From Felis catus (Eukaryota), in assembly GCF_018350175.1 (NCBI RefSeq), contig NC_058368.1, forward strand, positions 226,362,001-226,426,000: 64,000 bases of DNA, written 5' to 3'. The notes beneath the pieces were generated by a model that saw nothing but the letters and a program-made list of their open reading frames with translations, searched no databases and was not told the DNA's origin. Of the stretch, positions 62,876-64,000 are shown one piece after another (the first letter of the stretch is position 1; each line of letters opens with the position of its first letter). Both the position numbers and the translations under genes were made by a program.

Positions 62876-63116
62876 TAAATTTATTTTTTATTTTTTTTTA
62901 TATATATATTTTTTAACGTTTATTTATTTTTGAGACAGAGAGAGACAGAGCATGAACAGGGGAGGGTCAGAGAGAGGGAGACACAGAATCTGAAACAGGC
63001 TCCAGGCTCCGAGCTGTCAGCACAGAGCCCAACGCGGGGCTCAAACTCAAGGGACGGCGAGATCATGACCTGAGCCGAAGTCGGCCGCTTAACCGACTGA
63101 GCCACCCAGGCGCCCC
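62876..63116 (-). mobile_element. CanSINE (SINEC_Fc-type)
   Basis: Perfect TSD tatgttgaattttt. Confidence 0.97.
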
Positions 63117-63183
63117 TATGTTGAATTTTTAATTGGAGTGTTATGATGGCTTCAGTCAAAGTTGGATAAGTGCTCTAGACTTG

Positions 63184-63556
63184 TACTATAGACTAAATGT
63201 TTGTGCTCCCCCACCCCCATCAAAGTCATACATTGCCCTCTCTTCCCCAATATGATGGTAGCAAGAGGTGACTAGCTTTTAGGAGGTGATTAATTCATGA
63301 TGGTTGAGCCTTTGTGGATGGGATAAGTACCCTTGTAAGAGAGACCCTGGACAGTTCCTTCACTCCTCCCTCAACATGAAGTTACAGCAAGAAGGTAACC
63401 ATCTAGGAACCAGGAAGCAGGCTCTAACCAGACACTGAATTTACTAGTGCCTTGATCTTGAACTTCCCAGCTTCGAGAACTGTGAGAAACAATTCCCCGC
63501 TGTGTAAAAGCTACCCAGTCTGTGGAATATTTATTATAGCAGTCTGAACTAAGACA
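63184..63556 (+). mobile_element. MLT1A-like MaLR solo LTR
   Basis: ctatagactaaatgtttgtg...ccccaatatgatggta...ccttgatcttgaacttcccagcttcgagaactgtgagaaa...actaagaca. Confidence 0.9.
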
Positions 63557-64000
63557 TGTCACCAAAGCATCAGAGACCTTAGTATCATAGATTAAGGAGT
63601 GCCTTAATGTCTCAGCCCCAGGCCCTGTATTTCTGCTAAGTTCTGGGTATTTGTCTGCTGGACACAGGGAGCAATTTAAACCTGCAAAGTCTGGATGCCT
63701 CGTGCTTTCTTGTAAGTGAAGTCGCAGAAGGTACCAAGAGTTCACAAGATGTCCAAGAGGACGTCCTGCCTGGACAAAGGGTGAAGGTACAGTTGACAGC
63801 TGATTTGCCCCAGTTCTCCTGGTGGAGGATCGCCTTCCAGATTCCACCACAGAATGTGACATGGGCGGCCATGGCGAGTGGTTGACAGGAGGCTGAAAGC
63901 TGACACAGGCCAGGTCCTGTCGCTCTCTGCTCCACAACTTGCAGGGCGCCTCGGACTGAGTGGGGCATAACACGTCACACGGTCTGGACTCAGTATCTCT

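Noticed and set aside
63371-63973. Longest ORF (200 aa, minus strand)
   Set aside because: Its C-terminal third is antisense MLT1A LTR; no recognisable domain.
1-64000. CRISPR arrays, operons, numts, retroviral gag/pol/env, processed pseudogenes, sn/snoRNA genes
   Set aside because: None recognised by eye. Short exons or very diverged relics could have been missed without alignment.

Overview
This is a mammalian window, almost certainly from a cat-family (felid) genome, and it is non-coding: intergenic or deep intronic. The lineage call rests on about 27 tRNA-derived CanSINEs, including six young copies of the Felis-type SINEC_Fc subfamily. The window opens with the 5' 3.1 kb of a decayed minus-strand carnivore LINE-1 (5'UTR, ORF1, start of the ORF2 endonuclease). 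It also holds a ~717-bp solo retroviral LTR, several MLT1/MaLR LTRs, MIR and L2 relics, hAT-Charlie MITEs (MER3/MER5/MER20-like), microsatellites and a 204-N assembly gap. I recognise no host protein-coding exon or functional RNA gene; the ORF track is explained by repeats and chance. I found no convincing new biological system. The best leads are modest: a solo LTR with a triplicated forkhead-motif module, a palindrome cluster with a 27-bp dyad in unique DNA, a tightly spaced inverted SINE pair, near-identical young SINEs, a tRNA-Lys-like SINE with a CTA anticodon, and several repeat-free blocks resembling developmental enhancers. Repeat subfamily names come from recalled consensus similarity, not a database search. 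Boundaries of old repeats are approximate.
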